Positions 26,171-40,929 of a stretch of DNA of 64,000 nt are shown here, one piece after another. Numbering within the stretch: position 1 is the first letter of the stretch; each line of letters begins with the position of its first letter. Position numbers and translations under genes: made by a program. The notes under the pieces are model-generated. The model was not told where the DNA came from. It saw only the letters and a program-made list of their open reading frames with translations, and searched no databases. This DNA comes from Sphyrna mokarran (Eukaryota): the NCBI GenBank assembly GCA_024679065.1, contig JAGIQG010000013.1, positions 52,700,001 through 52,764,000 of the forward strand. Reading direction: 5' to 3'.

Positions 26171-29100
26171 TTATGTTTCAGGAGAACCAATGAACCAAAA
26201 AGAAATAGTTTTCTGAAGAAATTTGTTGCTGATCATTTCCCATTTCAAATATGTATAAAACAGCAAGGCTGAATGCAGTATATTATTGACCTGACCTTTC
26301 GGCAAACTTTATGAATAAAATATTCATTTTATGTTCAATAAAAGTCAAATTTATGATTTTAATTTATGCTTTCAGATGCAATTTTTTTTTAACATTTCAA
26401 TGATTTCTCTTCAGTAAATGAGTAGTTATATAACAAAAGCCATTTCTGTAACTACTTAAGGTCTGTTTTTCCAAACAGTAATGACATCACAGTAAGAAAC
26501 TGCCAATTTTCCTCAATTATTAATGTCACAAAGTTGATTAAGCTATTTGTTTAAATGATCTTTGTAAACACAACCTCAAAAGTAAAAACTGTGACGAGCT
26601 GAGAACTCTATTCACTACAACTGATGAAGCACAGCCAGATACAGGTCAATGAGTCAGTAGTGAATTGCTGCGTGAGTTAATTTATTAGTTCAAGGTTTCT
26701 AAAGAAGACAGGCACTGTACCCAAACCAAAAGAATCTATGGGGCAAAGGGGCCACTGTTAAAACAAAGTTCTGCAAACATTGCAGTGTTGATTTGAACAA
26801 TTGCCATTTGAATGGTGTGGAGGACACTGTGAATAAAACACCAGCACAATGCAAGCACCTGGCTCCTTACAAAAGGGGCAGGAGGTATTATTCTTTAAAA
26901 TACCACTCTGAAAAAGATAACAATACACCAATAGGACACTTCCAAAAGAAGTGGGAAGGGAGATGTTCCTGAATGCTATGGTCACATTTGGATTCATCTT
27001 TTGGATCACCAATAAACCAAGGTTTGAACTTATACTCTACTAATGGCTCACCAATTCATCTTTGAGTGGTATAACATTGCTGAAAATTGGCAGAAGAATC
27101 TGGAAATCTTAAGTCACACGCCTCATACACAACACTGCCAATTTTGCAGGGAGCAGGACTGCAGTGGGGCTAGGCTTGATGCATACAAAATTTATGGTGG
27201 TAGCTGGTCATTTATGTAATCAATTGCCTCCACTGTAGTAGGACTTTGGTAGACCAGGTGTGTAAAGTCTAACACATTCAGGTTATCCCAGATAACAGCT
27301 GGTTTGAACTTGGCAGATTTGTTTAAATATCCAAGGAACCCCTTGAAGGATTAAGGTTCCCCTTTGGATATGATTGAAGGACACCTTTAGGAGAGGTAAA
27401 GCACCCTTTTTGGTTGATTAAAAATAAACATAATTGTGGTAAAAAAAAAAAGTGCATACAAATATTGCAACTGTCAGAGCTGTAAAGGAACTGTCAAAAG
27501 CTGTGAAAAAATGGTCACAGCTCATTGGGATTCCAAGCTCATTGGAAATGTCAAAGCTCAATGGCACTACCACAAATTAGGTTGTCCTTAATCATATCTT
27601 TAAATATCATCAACAAAGTGCAGAGTACAGGGGCAGACCTTCACTGTCATTCCAACCTGATGTGCTATTCCAGCTCCCATACCGGAACAAATCTAACCTT
27701 CCAGGCCCTCTTTTGCTTCAAATTAAGGGTGAAAATCTGGGTTCTTGCTTTCTACTTGTACAACTGCTAAAAATAGTCTAACACAATAAAGGTGTGCACT
27801 TTATCAATTTGCTGTCATTCAATAACCAAAGTCATAAAATAATCACAATATTCATAAAAAGTGCAAACCTGTTTTCTGTGTTCCTCTTATCGTTTCATGA
27901 AAGAAGACAAACTTAAAGTACTCATGCATTTGATATGTAAATAAGTATTGAATTCTCATTTCAAACATTGGTGTTATCTTTTTCATTTAATCAGAAATGC
28001 AATTAGTCACATGGCTAGTATTTAATATATTATCCAATTCCTGTAGACAATAGTTTCACTAAATGATGTCCGAAGACCATCTTTTTAACCTTCATCTGTC
28101 ACAATTCCACACTGTTCAGAGAATGAACAATATAATTGTACTCTGAACACAAACTAATACAATATTACTTGTTGAAACAGTAATTCAAGTGAAGTCCTTC
28201 ATCTTCCTCTCTAGTCTTACCTTCCCAAAAGGGCCTCATCATCTGTTGCAGTTCCTTTTTAGTCTAATTAGCAATACTTATAGACATCTATTATCTTCAT
28301 TGACTGGAAAGAAGAATACCCATCAGACACATGAAAAAAGAGATATGCTTTCTAAACCACCATAGTATTTACTTCTCCATAAGTAATAGGCTTTAAAAAC
28401 ATACCTAATTGATGCTGGCTGCAAAATCCGTCAAACTATTTTGTTACTAATAGCCGAGCAAAACCATATGCAAATGATAAAATAAACATATAGGCTAGCT
28501 TAATGATTTGAAATTCTATAGAGAGTTATAATTCTGCTAATTAATAAGATACACCTCAGTTGTCAGTCCAGCCACCAGTAGCTACAAAATTGTGCGACTC
28601 CAAATGGCCCCAACATGTACTTCTATTGCATCCTTCAATGTGATATCAAGACTTTTTTGTGGCAGATTCTGTGTTTGGTGTTACGTTTGACTAGCAGTAT
28701 AAATGCAAAGTAGCACCAAACATGTTGATATTTCATACAATATGTCATTTTGTCATTAAAGACTAAAACTTTACAAGTGATTTGTTTGTGTGTTCTTCAC
28801 TGTATTTGCTGTTCTGCAATTTCAATGTATACAGTATATTTTGTAAAGATTTTCATATACCATCTTTGAAGTCTCTCTCTTTTTAAAAATTCTAGTAAGA
28901 CATACACCGTGGGTATTGTCCAGGCAAATCCCAGGAGTTCTCAAAAAATACATGGAGCATATCCTAGGAATAATTAAAAATTTACAATGCAATAGTAGAC
29001 ATGTGTGCAGTTATGTGTGCACATGCTTAATAAAGGTGATCTTCAATTGTACAAGCTTATTTAATTAGATGGCATCTAATTAATCCTATTTTTACATGAA

Positions 29101-32100
29101 CTTCATTTTAGTATTTCAGAAAATAAACAAATGCATAAATATGATAATTTGTCACATCACTTTGATAAGTTTCAAAGGACTTCACAAACCATTTCTGAAG
29201 TGCAGGATTATGTAAGTAAACACAGAAACCATTTTTTGCATGCAAAAAGTAAATAATAATGTGATGCACAATATATTAATCTTTCTGGCATACTTAGGAG
29301 AAAATATTGGCTAGAGTACTCTGAGAATTCCTCAACTGTTGCTGTACAATGTTTAACACAAATTAATATAGTTACACGGAACATTGGTTTGACACCTTTT
29401 TCAAATATAGCCTGCCCAACAATGCAGTACTTCACTCGAGTTTCAGTTTGTATTTAAGCTAATTAGTCTTATTTCTCGTGAAGTGAACAGTAATGTCAAA
29501 TACCCGCATGTCAACTTTCAGTAATTTAACTCATTCTTGCAAGACATAACCTCAGTAATTAAGATAATTAAATTAAAAATTTCCATTGAACACTTAGCTT
29601 CATTTGTGTTCATTTTTATCCCAATTCAGTTCTGTAGCATCTATATATCCACATGGCATTTCCCTAAGTCAGGTGAATATGAGAATCATTACAGTTCTGC
29701 AATAACTGCACTTGAAGGAGCAAGTATGACTGGCAGTTACTTCTGTAAACTCATGTGCTTGGACTACCATTAAGAGATTTGGGTTGTATAGCCAATAGAC
29801 CAGCAAAAGATCTTTATTTAACCAGTTGGCAAAGACATAGATAACACATCTCAAGTAACAAATATGGCTTGCAAGTAACACAAAGAACAATATATAGTGG
29901 CAGACTCTCGTGGCATACTAAAAAGTAAAAGAATTAGCAACATTTTTCTACTATACAAAAATCGCAATTTGCCATCTCACATTAGTTTTAGCATCGGTCA
30001 TGCATCAATATCCTGTTATTAAATTTGAATTAGCAAGCAATTTATTGCTTTATATTAAGTTACTGAATGTATTATAAGGAACATGTATTTAATTGCAAAC
30101 TTTATAAATGCCTTCAGTAACTTTTATTCTTGTATCTGGCACTGTGGCAGATATTTCCAATATTAAGTATATCATACTGTGTGACATATAATAGCTGCCT
30201 TCAACAACACCCCTCCCTGCCACACTACTGCTGCTCAAAAACTGAGATTTTGTATGTTCAATATCAAAATGGAGGTTCGAACAAAATAAACCAATCCAAA
30301 AAAATAAATATTTCACATTAGTATGACTCCATCTATCCATTGAATTGAACTTTCATCCCTTCATTAAGATTTTACTTCAAGGCTTCTCTCAAACTAATAG
30401 GTTTGAATTTGAAAATTTTGCCCAGGGTTATAAACTGAATTTTGATTGTTTAGCCTGACCATTTAAATCCAGTTAATTTTTCTGAATGGATCAGTATGTT
30501 CAGTCAACTCCACATATGTGATATATCCTTTGACTCTAGCACTTTGTCATTCTTTAACTAATTTTTAAAGAAAGGCAATGTGAAAAGCCTTTTATGAAAT
30601 AAAATTGATATTGTTTTTCTTAAAAAAGGTAGTATCTGAAAAGAGAGAAGGAAAAAAATGATACTGCTCTGATTACAGAGTTGCTGCAGGACTTGTTTCT
30701 GTTCTGAAAACTTGCAAGTATATTGAACAGGGAAGAAGTGAATGGTAAAAAAATCTTTCTTTACCATATTACTTCTCCTTTTCAAATAACCTTGAATTTT
30801 AAAGCTAAGAGTTGACAGTTACATAAAAAAAATGACAACCATATAACTCCGTGAGATTGGACTTCTAACATCTAGGAGACATAGCCAGCAAAAAAATGGA
30901 AAGATGTTAACAGGAAGAAAGGCAGATACCACTACACCTGTCCCCCACCGGCCCAACCGTCAGTACTGGGTTAATTTATAATTGAAAGCAATTTGAAAAT
31001 CCTCCCAAAAAGTCACATCCACCACAAAACTGCAAAATATGAACACTTAACCTTAACATACAAATGATATGAATGCAGGGATAACAGAATCTATCCTTTC
31101 AAACATTCTTCCAATCTTGTTGAATGTAAAGGAATGTTAATAAGAAGTATCTACAGGACGGAGAGATGCTCAAAACATACTGCGCACATCCACCACAGAT
31201 TCCAGGTGACAATTCGTTTTCTTCTTCATTGCCCAAGAGTAAATGATAGACAACAGCAAAAAATCAATAATTTTACAGCAGAAGGACCAATAAGTTCACA
31301 AACAAGTATGGCACAGAACAGAAAGACAATACAACTGATGCAGAATTATTGCAGTTGCCTTTAAAACAGATCTTCCAAAGATGTAATACTGAGGTGTCAC
31401 CATGACAGAAGCCCTTCACTATAACAGAATGACAAAGAGTGTCACAGCAGAAGGTGCTGGAACAGAAATGATAACAAACCCCTAAAAACTGGTAAATCAC
31501 TATTGAGAGAGAGCAGTCATTCCAGATATAATGACACAAAGTAGAATCATTTTAAAGGAAGGACATAATTGCTGATCCAGGCAGAGAATTTAATTGAACA
31601 AAAACACTTCTCTTTTAAATGCTAAATTTGGATCTCTAATATAAGCAAAATTCTTAAGTATAACAAAATGCTTGATCAGTATGGTAAATTTTCCCACATA
31701 TCCATGTATAACACTTTGAATACAATTCATTTGCTAAAATCCCACACTTTCAATATTTTATTGTCCAAACTACGAGCTTTGTTATGCAGGATGCAGTTAT
31801 GGGACAGTTTATAGGATTTAATATATAGTTTCTGCCACAAAAAAATTATTAACCAACATAACTCACATTCTGAAACAGGTTTCAAATAGATTACATATTT
31901 ACAAATGATGTGCATGCATAAGATTGCACCAACCAAAACTGCAATGGTGGTCTGTAATGCAGCGACAATAACTTAAATCTCCTACCACAAATCAAAGCTA
32001 CAAAACCTCACATTCCATAGCCATGTCAAATACTTGGTTTGTACATTAGATTTTAATGCAGAATGGCAGCTTAAATAAAAGCAGTCAACCAGATGCCTTG

Positions 32101-32719
32101 TCCTTCAAACAAGCTGCTTGTCCTCAGTTATCACCTGTTTTACTTGCATGTGTCCATTATTGCTTAATTCAGTCACACCTCATTAGGAGAGCGAATTCAG
32201 AGTGGTTGGAGGAGAACCTCAATTATTCACTAAGTAGCTCAGTCTAACTTAGCGTGATAGCACAAGAAATTATATCAAACTGAATTCAAGCACAAACACA
32301 AGTGAGGGGCTGCTGAGAGATTACTATCTTTGGTTAGAAGCAATTAACAAATGCTGATAAACAATTCAAAATATGTACTTGTATTCCAACTGAAATTCAC
32401 CACCACTGAAATATCAGTATTGGCACCATACCTACTTCAAAGCTCAACATTTCAAAAGCCCTCCTCAGTGGCACTACAACTCCAGCCTACACAAGCTCTA
32501 GTTCATTAGATCTCCGCATGTTATGCCTCAATGCCAAAGTTTTGCTGCTCTGCCACACCTGTTTTCAGCAACAATCACTTGCATTTCATCTCCCAATGCA
32601 TTAAATTTGAGGTTTTTCTTCAATTACAAATCACTATTGTGGTCTTATTCCACTTGCAATATTCTCCTCTAGACCTATATTATGGTTCACATCTCTCACT
32701 CTTCCAACTTTCACTTACT

Positions 32720-33430
32720 GTGACCTCAGTCTGGGCACTGCACTTTAGGAAGGACAGATAGACTTTAGGGGACAGTACAGTAGAATTACCAGCCTGGTGC
32801 CAGAGATGAAGGATTACAGTAAATAAGAAAAATTGAAGGTGCTGTGTTTGTTCTCTTGGGGTTCAATGTGACAAAGTGTGAGGTCATCTACTTTAGGCGG
32901 CACAGTGGTTAACACTGCTGCCTCAGAGTACCAGGTACACGGGTTTGAACAGCGGCTTGGGTCACTGTATGTGGATTTTGTACGTTCTACCTGTGTCTGC
33001 ATGGGTTTCCAACAGATGCTCCAGTTGCCTCCCATAGTCTAAAGACATGCAGGATAGGATGTTTGGCCAGGGTAAATTGCCTCTTACTGTCAGGGAAACT
33101 AGCAGAGTAAATATGCAGGGGTAGCTGTTGGGTGGGATTGTGGTCGGTGCAGACTCGATAGGCTGAACGGCCTCCTTCTGCGCTGTAGGGATTCTATGAT
33201 TAGCCCCAAGAAAGATGGAGTATTTTCCAAAAGGTGAGAAGCTAGGAACTGTGAATAAGCAGAGAGATTTACAGATCTAAATATAGAAATTGTTTAAAGT
33301 TCATGGATATGTACAAAAATAATAAGGGAAGTAACGTAATGCTTACTTTTAGCTTAAGGGGGCTGAACACAAAGAGCATGAAGTTATGTTACAGCTTTGC
33401 AGAGCTGTATTTTAATTTCATCTGTATGAC
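32720..33430 (+). mobile_element. CR1-like fragments interrupted by an HE1-like SINE
   Basis: cagtctgggcactgcactttaggaagg and ttcaatgtgacaaagtgtgaggtcatctacttt before the SINE; RT-like sequence resumes after 33200. Confidence 0.6.
32896..33200 (+). mobile_element. HE1-like SINE
   Basis: ggcggcacagtggttaacactgctgcctca head; tail ggcctccttctgcgctgtagggattctatgat. Confidence 0.85.
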
Positions 33431-34496
33431 TCCATTAGCAGGCACTTCAAGTTAACTTTCCATTTAATTTGTTCATTTTATCTCATTCAAACTTCCACAT
33501 CTATAATACAAATTGTCAAAGTAAACTTGTCATGCTGCAGTTACATCTCCTCATCAGGAAGAGTGCAGTTATATCAGTGCGTCAGCCTGTTCTTGGTGAA
33601 ACTCCAACTAATTCTACTTTCGTACTTCTCAAATTATTGTGCACTTTGCTAGCATTATAATTCTTAACTTCAAAACGATAACTGAAGTACTTCAGCATGT
33701 TCCTGCCCTATTATCTTCAGTCTTTTAATCTCTCTTCACCTGAAAACTGCACCTGATCTTGAGATCCCATGAGCAACACAATGGATGTTAGATTTATATG
33801 TGTTTTTTTTTAAATATTTATCTCTGATATCATAGGTCAAACTAAGGGTAAGACATTCTATCTAGTATGTTCTACTTCTCTGCATTTAAGATTGGTTATT
33901 TCTTGATCATATCACAAGGGCATATACTTGCACTTCAAAGCATACACCTTGTTAATTTTACACACGGGTCACCAAGCACTGGTCATAAAGCTCTGCATCA
34001 CTAATCCAGTAAAAGACAGAATACTTAACAGTTTCTATTACTGCCAAGCTAATGGAATTTTTTTATTGCCTTCTATCCCACCAGGCTTGTATCTCTAAAG
34101 TCTTCAAAAACAATTCAGCTCATAAAGACTGATGGTTACTTTGTAATTATACCTCAACATATGCTGCCGCTTAACTGTAAATAATGTAACTCTATGCCAA
34201 AGGATCACACAGAATGCAAATGAAAAATGGTGTAAGTGATGATACACTGCTAACACACTGGACCACGAGCTGCATATAAATCTCAGTGCCTATTACAGTT
34301 GCGTCAGTGTGTCCATATCAGAGTGACAACCACAGATTATTTTCCTCCTTGGCAACAAAGTGGCATTGGTCTTTGCATGGTAACGTAACAAACATTGCAA
34401 AATTCATTACAAAGTGAACAGAAAACACAATTTTCCAGAAATATATATACATATATGAATGTTTATAAAGATCCCTTTTGACTGTTGGACTTCTAA

Positions 34497-34995
34497 TATT
34501 CTGGTCACCTTATTATAGAAAGGATTTTATTAAACTAGAAAGAATGCAGAAAAGATTTACTAGGATGCTACTGGGCTTGATGGCTTGAGTTATAAGGAGA
34601 AGCTGGATAGATTGAGACTTTTTCCTTGGAGCACTGGAGGTTTAGGGGTGATCTTATAGAGATTTATAAAATGATGAGGGCAATATTTTTTCCCAAAGTT
34701 AGTGGAGTTAAAAATAGAAGGAATGAAATTAAGGTGAGAGGGGAGAGATACAAAAGGGATCAGAGCCTTTTTTTTTACACAGAGGGTGGTGAGTGTCTGG
34801 GATGAGTGGCCAAAGGTAGTAGGAGGGCAGGTACAATTTTGTATTTTAAAAAGAATTTAGACAGTTACATGGGTAAGATTAGTACAGAGGGATATGGGCC
34901 AAATGCAAGCAATTGGGACTAGCTTAATGGTAAAAATTGAGTGGTACGGACAAGTTGGACTAAAGGGCTGTTTCCATGCTGTGAACCTCTATGAC
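34497..34995 (+). mobile_element. CR1-like LINE 3' end
   Basis: FWSPYYRKDFIKLERMQKRFTRML-like segment and 3' UTR ending ccatgctgtgaacctctatgac. Confidence 0.85.
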
Positions 34996-35162
34996 ACTAA
35001 TATATTTAATGGCATTTGTGAATTAAACAGTATTATTTGCAAATACAGTTTTCAAAATGTAATTCCTATTGGAAACAGATTCTGATATTTATTTCCTAAC
35101 CAGGAGGACTTGTTCCAACATAAAAGTATGGCTACTTCAAAAAGCATTTAATTAATAATTAC

Positions 35163-35313
35163 CTTGAGTTTCTGCTTGGTTCTCTCTGGCTCTATATTTT
35201 CAGTATCCACCCTAGTATCAGCCAGGATCTGTTCTGCTTCCGTCATCCACTTGGCCAGGTCTTTCATGTCATTGTTGAAGGTACGCCATTTCTCCACACA
35301 TTTATCAAAACGC
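35163..35313 (-). CDS. DMD: Dystrophin internal coding exon, equivalent to human DMD exon 44
   Basis: Acceptor cttctgtacag|GCGTTTT, donor AAG|GTAATT, 151 nt, phase 2 to 0, joining the 61712 exon in frame (AT+G = Met). Encodes RFDKCVEKWRTFNNDMKDLAKWMTEAEQILADTRVDTENIEPERTKQKLK versus human RFDRSVEKWRRFHYDIKIFNQWLTEAEQFLRKT...LK. Confidence 0.95.
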
Positions 35314-38300
35314 CTGTACAGAAGACAAGTGCATTTTTTTGTAAATTTGACCATGATTTGAGATGGGTTTATAAATTTGCAAATCATAACTCAACGACAC
35401 TGATAAACTGCAAAAATGTTATTTTAAACTGCCTGGGTATTACAGAGCTCAAATATACAGTACTGAAAGTTGGACATCAAATTTGTAAAGTATTACTTCA
35501 GAGTCATTCAAAGGGAAAGCTGGCATCATTAGCTTTCCATTGGAGAAGCAGATTTATTACAGCATTCTAATTGAAAAGTTAATTTGAATTTGTTAGCTGC
35601 GCCACCTAACACCAAATCCACCTCCCATCCCCACCTATTCTAGCAGGTGGTCACATTTGTGGAGTTGATTTAAAAAGAAATAAACTCAACATCAGGTAAA
35701 ACTATCATTTTTCCTGAAGGAAATGCTTGCTTGCTACATTGAAGTCACTGCCACATCAAACATTTAAAAAATTTAAATAATGAATAACAGAAGATTTTGA
35801 GGTCAGGAAAAAAAAACTTTTCTACTCAGAATGTCATATTTTATGCAAATTTTCCATTTTGCAAAGGATTTATTGTACAAATTATAATGATTAAACAGGA
35901 AAAATAGAAGCAAAGTCACTTAAGAAGCATTTGCCACATCACAAGTGTTTCTATTCAAATCCTGTTGTTGGTGGTTGTTTGAAAAGACTGGATTGTGAAA
36001 TTGCAAGGACCTCCACAAAGAACAGGAAACAATCTAAACTCTGACATGGTGCCTTGTATTCAAATAGTTGGTGATGGGAGTGGAAAATCTCATGAGAGGC
36101 CCAAATCATGTCTGACATTGGTGAAAAGTGGCATCACAATTGTCCCCACCGCCATCACTGACATCATGTCAAATTCTTAATAATTTATACCCCTTTATAA
36201 TTATAATTTGGCTACAGAACAAAGACCACAGAGCTTCAAAGCAATTTGTTGCATCATAAGGACTCTAAGACATTTCTGATAGATTTGATAAGGTACCATA
36301 TAAATGTAAACTTTTCCATTATAATGTTGGAGCACCAGTGAGAGCCGCAAAAGGAGCAGAGCACTCCTAACTTAGCAGACGGCACTTCAAAGCTCCACTG
36401 GAGCAGCATCTGCACTTGTGAATAGAAATGTCTGTTGCTGACAGATATCACACATGGTCTCCTACTTTTTCAAGTTATAGTGAGCTGAATATGTGGCTAG
36501 CCGAAAAAGACTGGAGGTACAGATCAGCCATTAGTCAAATTGAATGGAGAACAGGTTCAAAGGGATAAATGGCCTTTGCTTGCTCCTGTAGTTGGGGCTA
36601 ATGCATAGACCATGTGGTATCTGGCCAAAGTGCTCTGAAAATGACTGGTGCATGTAAAACCATACCCTGGCTCAGGTCTGAGCCTTCATAAGGGGAGGGC
36701 AAGTAACTGGGAGGAAAAAAGGTATTGCTTACCTGCAAAGCAAAATTAGTTATTGTATTACAGGTAAGGAAAATCAGATTAAGCAATCAGTTTGAATCAG
36801 TCTACTTCTGTCCCTATGTTCCATCATTAAATACATATAAGTTTGTGATGGATAGATTTCTGGTCTCAACAAATGGAGAATATGGGGTTTTGGCAGACAT
36901 GGGGTTTGAGTGGCAGAACAAGCAAGAAGGATCAAATTGTCTGCTCCTTACTCCTATTCAGCCCACTCAGCCTGCTCCACTATTCAATTTGAACTTTGTC
37001 CATTTTCGCCATGCTATCGCCATATATCTTGATGTAACCAATCTCTCAAAATTTATTGATTTCTATTTTGAACATGCAATAGAGAATTCCAAAGATTCAG
37101 CACCATCTGTGCAAATAAATTCCTCATCTCAGTCTACCCTTGATGTCAAGATTATGTTTCGTGGTTTTAGACTCACCAGCCAAGGGAAAACATCTTATCT
37201 ACATCCACCCTGTCTTGTCCTGTCAGAATTTTATAAGTTTCAAATGAGGTCACGGCTTATTCTTTGAAACTCTAGGGAATACACACCCAGTCTCTTGTCA
37301 TGAAATAATCCCATCATTCCAGAGATTTAATTGGAGCACATCCATGATTTCTCTTTCCAGGACGTTCTGTTCCAATATCTTAATATTTCCCAAGAGCCAG
37401 AATCACTTCCAAAACTGCTATGAGAACCTGCAGTACATTTTCTTGCTTTCCATATTTTTAACCCATTATATCAATCACCGCTGCATCCTTCAATAGGAAT
37501 TTTAACTGATTGCAAGTGGGATGAGCAAATTCGCCAAGTAACTTTGCAGACAGTTAGCTTTTTTTTCTCAAATTCTTATTACTTGACGCATGAGCACTTC
37601 TGTAACATCGAATAGAGATGCTGGTTTGTTTATAAAAGGGATGCAATGATGCCCTGAATGAAAAATCAGTAGATTTTGAATTTATCCTAAGAAACTACTT
37701 CATTATTTCTAACTTCATTTGTATCTTTTTCATGGATGGCTTGCTCAGCTGTAATGGTATATCATTAGATAATATATCTGCACTATTAAAGTGACTTACT
37801 CCAGCTATTTTACGTGGAATCGCCACACTGCAATGACTTTAACATGCTGCCATCCCCAAACCTTATGGAAGTAGAACTTGTGTTCCTTGACCTTACTTTG
37901 ATCCTACTTATTGATTCCAATTAATGTTTCAACCAATCCATTCTGCATACTGTGCAGGTGCATGCACTATCCAACATGGTTTAATTAAATGTATCCACAA
38001 CTATATTCATCACTAGATTGAAGCTTATCTCAGACTGATCAATATCATTACCATCCCCTTTTGAACATTTGCATCATGCATTACATTGAAAAACCTATTA
38101 TGCAGTAAATTGTCCCAAATGGAACAATGATGTTTCAAATCATATTTGAATCAATAATTCTTTAATGTTATGAAGAATCTAAGTTTATGTTGAATTTATA
38201 TGCATATTATATATACATATATGTTTTGTTAAGAAAGATAAAAATGGTTCCTATTTAATTTAGCTTTTGTTTGTGACCCTTTGTGCCTAAATGTATGTAT

Positions 38301-38328
38301 AAACCTGTGACTGAAGGCTTTCAGATTT

Positions 38329-38605
38329 GGCATGGTTCCACAGTGATTAGCACTGTTGTCTCACAATGCCAGGGACCCAAGTTCAATTCCGGCCTCAGTC
38401 ACTGTTTGTGTGGAGTTTGACTTTCTCCCTGTGTCTGCATGGGTTTCCTCTGGGTGCTCTGATTTCCATGGTTGATTGGCCATGCTAAATTGCTCCACAG
38501 TGTTCCTGAATTTGTAGATTACAGGAATAGGGCTTGGGTGGGATTGTTATTGGTGCAGATTCAATGGGCTGAATGGCCTCCTGCTGCACTGTAAGAATTC
38601 TATGA
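38329..38605 (+). mobile_element. HE1-like SINE with internal deletion
   Basis: cagtgattagcactgttgtctcacaatgccagggaccc head; tail gaattctatga. Confidence 0.8.
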
Positions 38606-39419
38606 CAGGCATTTTGAATGTTGGGGGGGTGGGGAGGCAGTTGTTCAAACTGTGCGTTACACAGAAAAGACAGTAATTTTAACCTCTCTGAAAAAAAAAC
38701 TGCAAGGATAGTGGGGTTAACGAAATAATTAGTTATGGGACTCAGTAAAATGATCAGTTTAGGATATTTGCTACTGGAAGACTGAACTCAGGGAACTCAT
38801 TTGTTTGCAGAAAGAATCACTGAGAAATTATACTTGGATGCTTTATAATTAATTTCAGCCATTCTGCTCAACAAGTAACTCTGAATCAAATCTCCTGCAT
38901 GATTCAAATTTATTTTTAGGTTTCCAATCCACACCTTTAAAAGACCATCCTCTGCTACCATGGATTTCAGTCAGATGTTGAAGTGCAAAACAAGACAATT
39001 ATCTTTCTTGACAGTAAGTTTATTCACAGGACAGGATTCAATCTTACAAATTTTTGTTTCCAAATCCTACCTACTGCATGTCCCAGTTGACTCTCTTCAG
39101 ACAAAATCCCAGTTCTTAATTAAACATAAACAATACTTGTGTACCATCACAAAGTGAGCAAACTATTAGCAGTATGATCCATTCAACTATGAACTGGAAG
39201 GCCATTAAAAAAAAATTATAACCAACACATGAATAAGTATCTGGATGCAACATAGGAAAATTTGCAGGGGTGTGGTGGGAGGGGGTGTGCTATCAGTCAA
39301 CAATAGCACTTCTCAGAGGTGGGCTTACCAGACTCTTTGGAGAGACTCATCCTGTATTATTTCTCATCTTCACCAACATTCACCTGTGGTTTCAAATAGC
39401 TGTTACAGTGACTGGGGAA

Positions 39420-40285
39420 GTAATGGATGAGGTGGTGGAGTGTTGTAGACTGCAAAGAGACATTGATAGGATGCAGAGCGCGTCAGATGGAGTTTAACCC
39501 TGACAAGTGCAAGGTGATTCATTTTTGACAGGACAAATTTGAATGTGGATTATAGGGTCAATTACAAGGTTCTGAGGAATGTGGAGGAACAGAGAGACCT
39601 TGGGGTTCATATCCATAGATCTGTGAAGGTTGCCACTCAAATGGATTGAGTCGTGAAGAAGGCTTATAGTATGTTAGCGTTTATCAACCGGGGTTTTAAG
39701 TTTAAGAGTCGTGGGGTTATGCTGTGACTATACAGGACCTTGGTGAGACCACTCTTGGAATATTGTGTGCAATTCTGGTCACCTCACTATAAGAAGGATG
39801 CGGAAGCATCCAGAGGAGATTTACCAGGATGCTGCCTGGTTTGGAGGGTAGATCTTATGAGGAAAGGTTGAGGGAGCTGGGGCTTTTCTCTTTAGAGTGG
39901 AGGAGGATGAGAAGTGATTTAATAGAGGTTTATATAATGATGAAGGGGGATGGATAGAAAGGACTTGCAGAGATTATTTCCTCAGGTGGATGTAGCTGTT
40001 ACTACAGTGTTCAGCTATAAGTTCATGGTGAGAGATCTAGGACAATATCCAAGGTAGATTCTTCACTCAGAATGATTGGGGTATGGAATGCACTACCTGC
40101 TGTGATAGTGATGTCGGACACTTTAGGAACTTTTAAATAGTCATTGGATAGGCACATTGAACACACCAGAATGATAGGGGGTGGGATAGCTTGATCTATG
40201 TCCAAATCTTGGGTTTGGACTTAGCTCAGCATAACACTGAGGGCCAAAGGGCCTGTACTGTGCTGTACTGTTCTATGTTTTATGC
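39420..40285 (+). mobile_element. CR1-like LINE 3' part
   Basis: [46 protein letters not shown] motifs; tail ctgtactgttctatgttttatg. Confidence 0.9.
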
Positions 40286-40929
40286 TCTATAAACACTTGG
40301 TTATCCTTTTCAATGAGTCAGTCTCATAACCTAAGTGACATAGGAATTTATCTATCTTGGCACGTGAAGATTGATTGCTATTGATGAGATGGATGAAATC
40401 TGAAGTCCAAAGGTCTTAAAAACAGGCTAGGGATGTGTAGAACTTGACCAAACACAGAAGGCATCCCAGTCACTGTATCTGGCTGTCTAAACTCATCTTA
40501 TTATTGGGCCAGGACAAGAGAGGGGCTCTCAATGAGGAACTCTTTCTCTCACTGTAGTACAATTCACATGCAAGTCATATCATCTTTTTAACATCTATTG
40601 TCCAGTGTCCATCGATCACAATGTGAAGCAATGCAGTTACAAATACAAAGTTATAAGAGAATCTAGCTATAAATAAGTTATAAGATTACAAGAACAGCTC
40701 TCCTATAAAGTAGGGATTAAAAAGTAAAAGCAGAGTCAAACTGCCGGACAAAGTTTTAGAAGTTTATAAATATGCCTGGGAATAGTTATGTGCTCAAGAA
40801 TAACAAATCCTCTAACTCAAGGCAGTTCTGAAAAATCAGGATTTGATCTCTTCTGATGTTAAAATCAAATATTGCATGGATGGGAAATCTGGGATGACTC
40901 AAGACTAAGGTTTCCAAGAAAACATTTTG

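Larger units (their letters stand above)
1..35162 (-). other. DMD: 5' part of DMD intron 44, continuing beyond the window
   Basis: Starts at the exon-44 donor; no exon-45-like peptide (ELQDGIGQRQ...) found downstream in the window. Confidence 0.8.

Noticed and set aside
36725-37267. 180-aa ORF, the longest in the track
   Set aside because: Runs across decayed CR1-like tail fragments in both orientations; no coherent protein signal.
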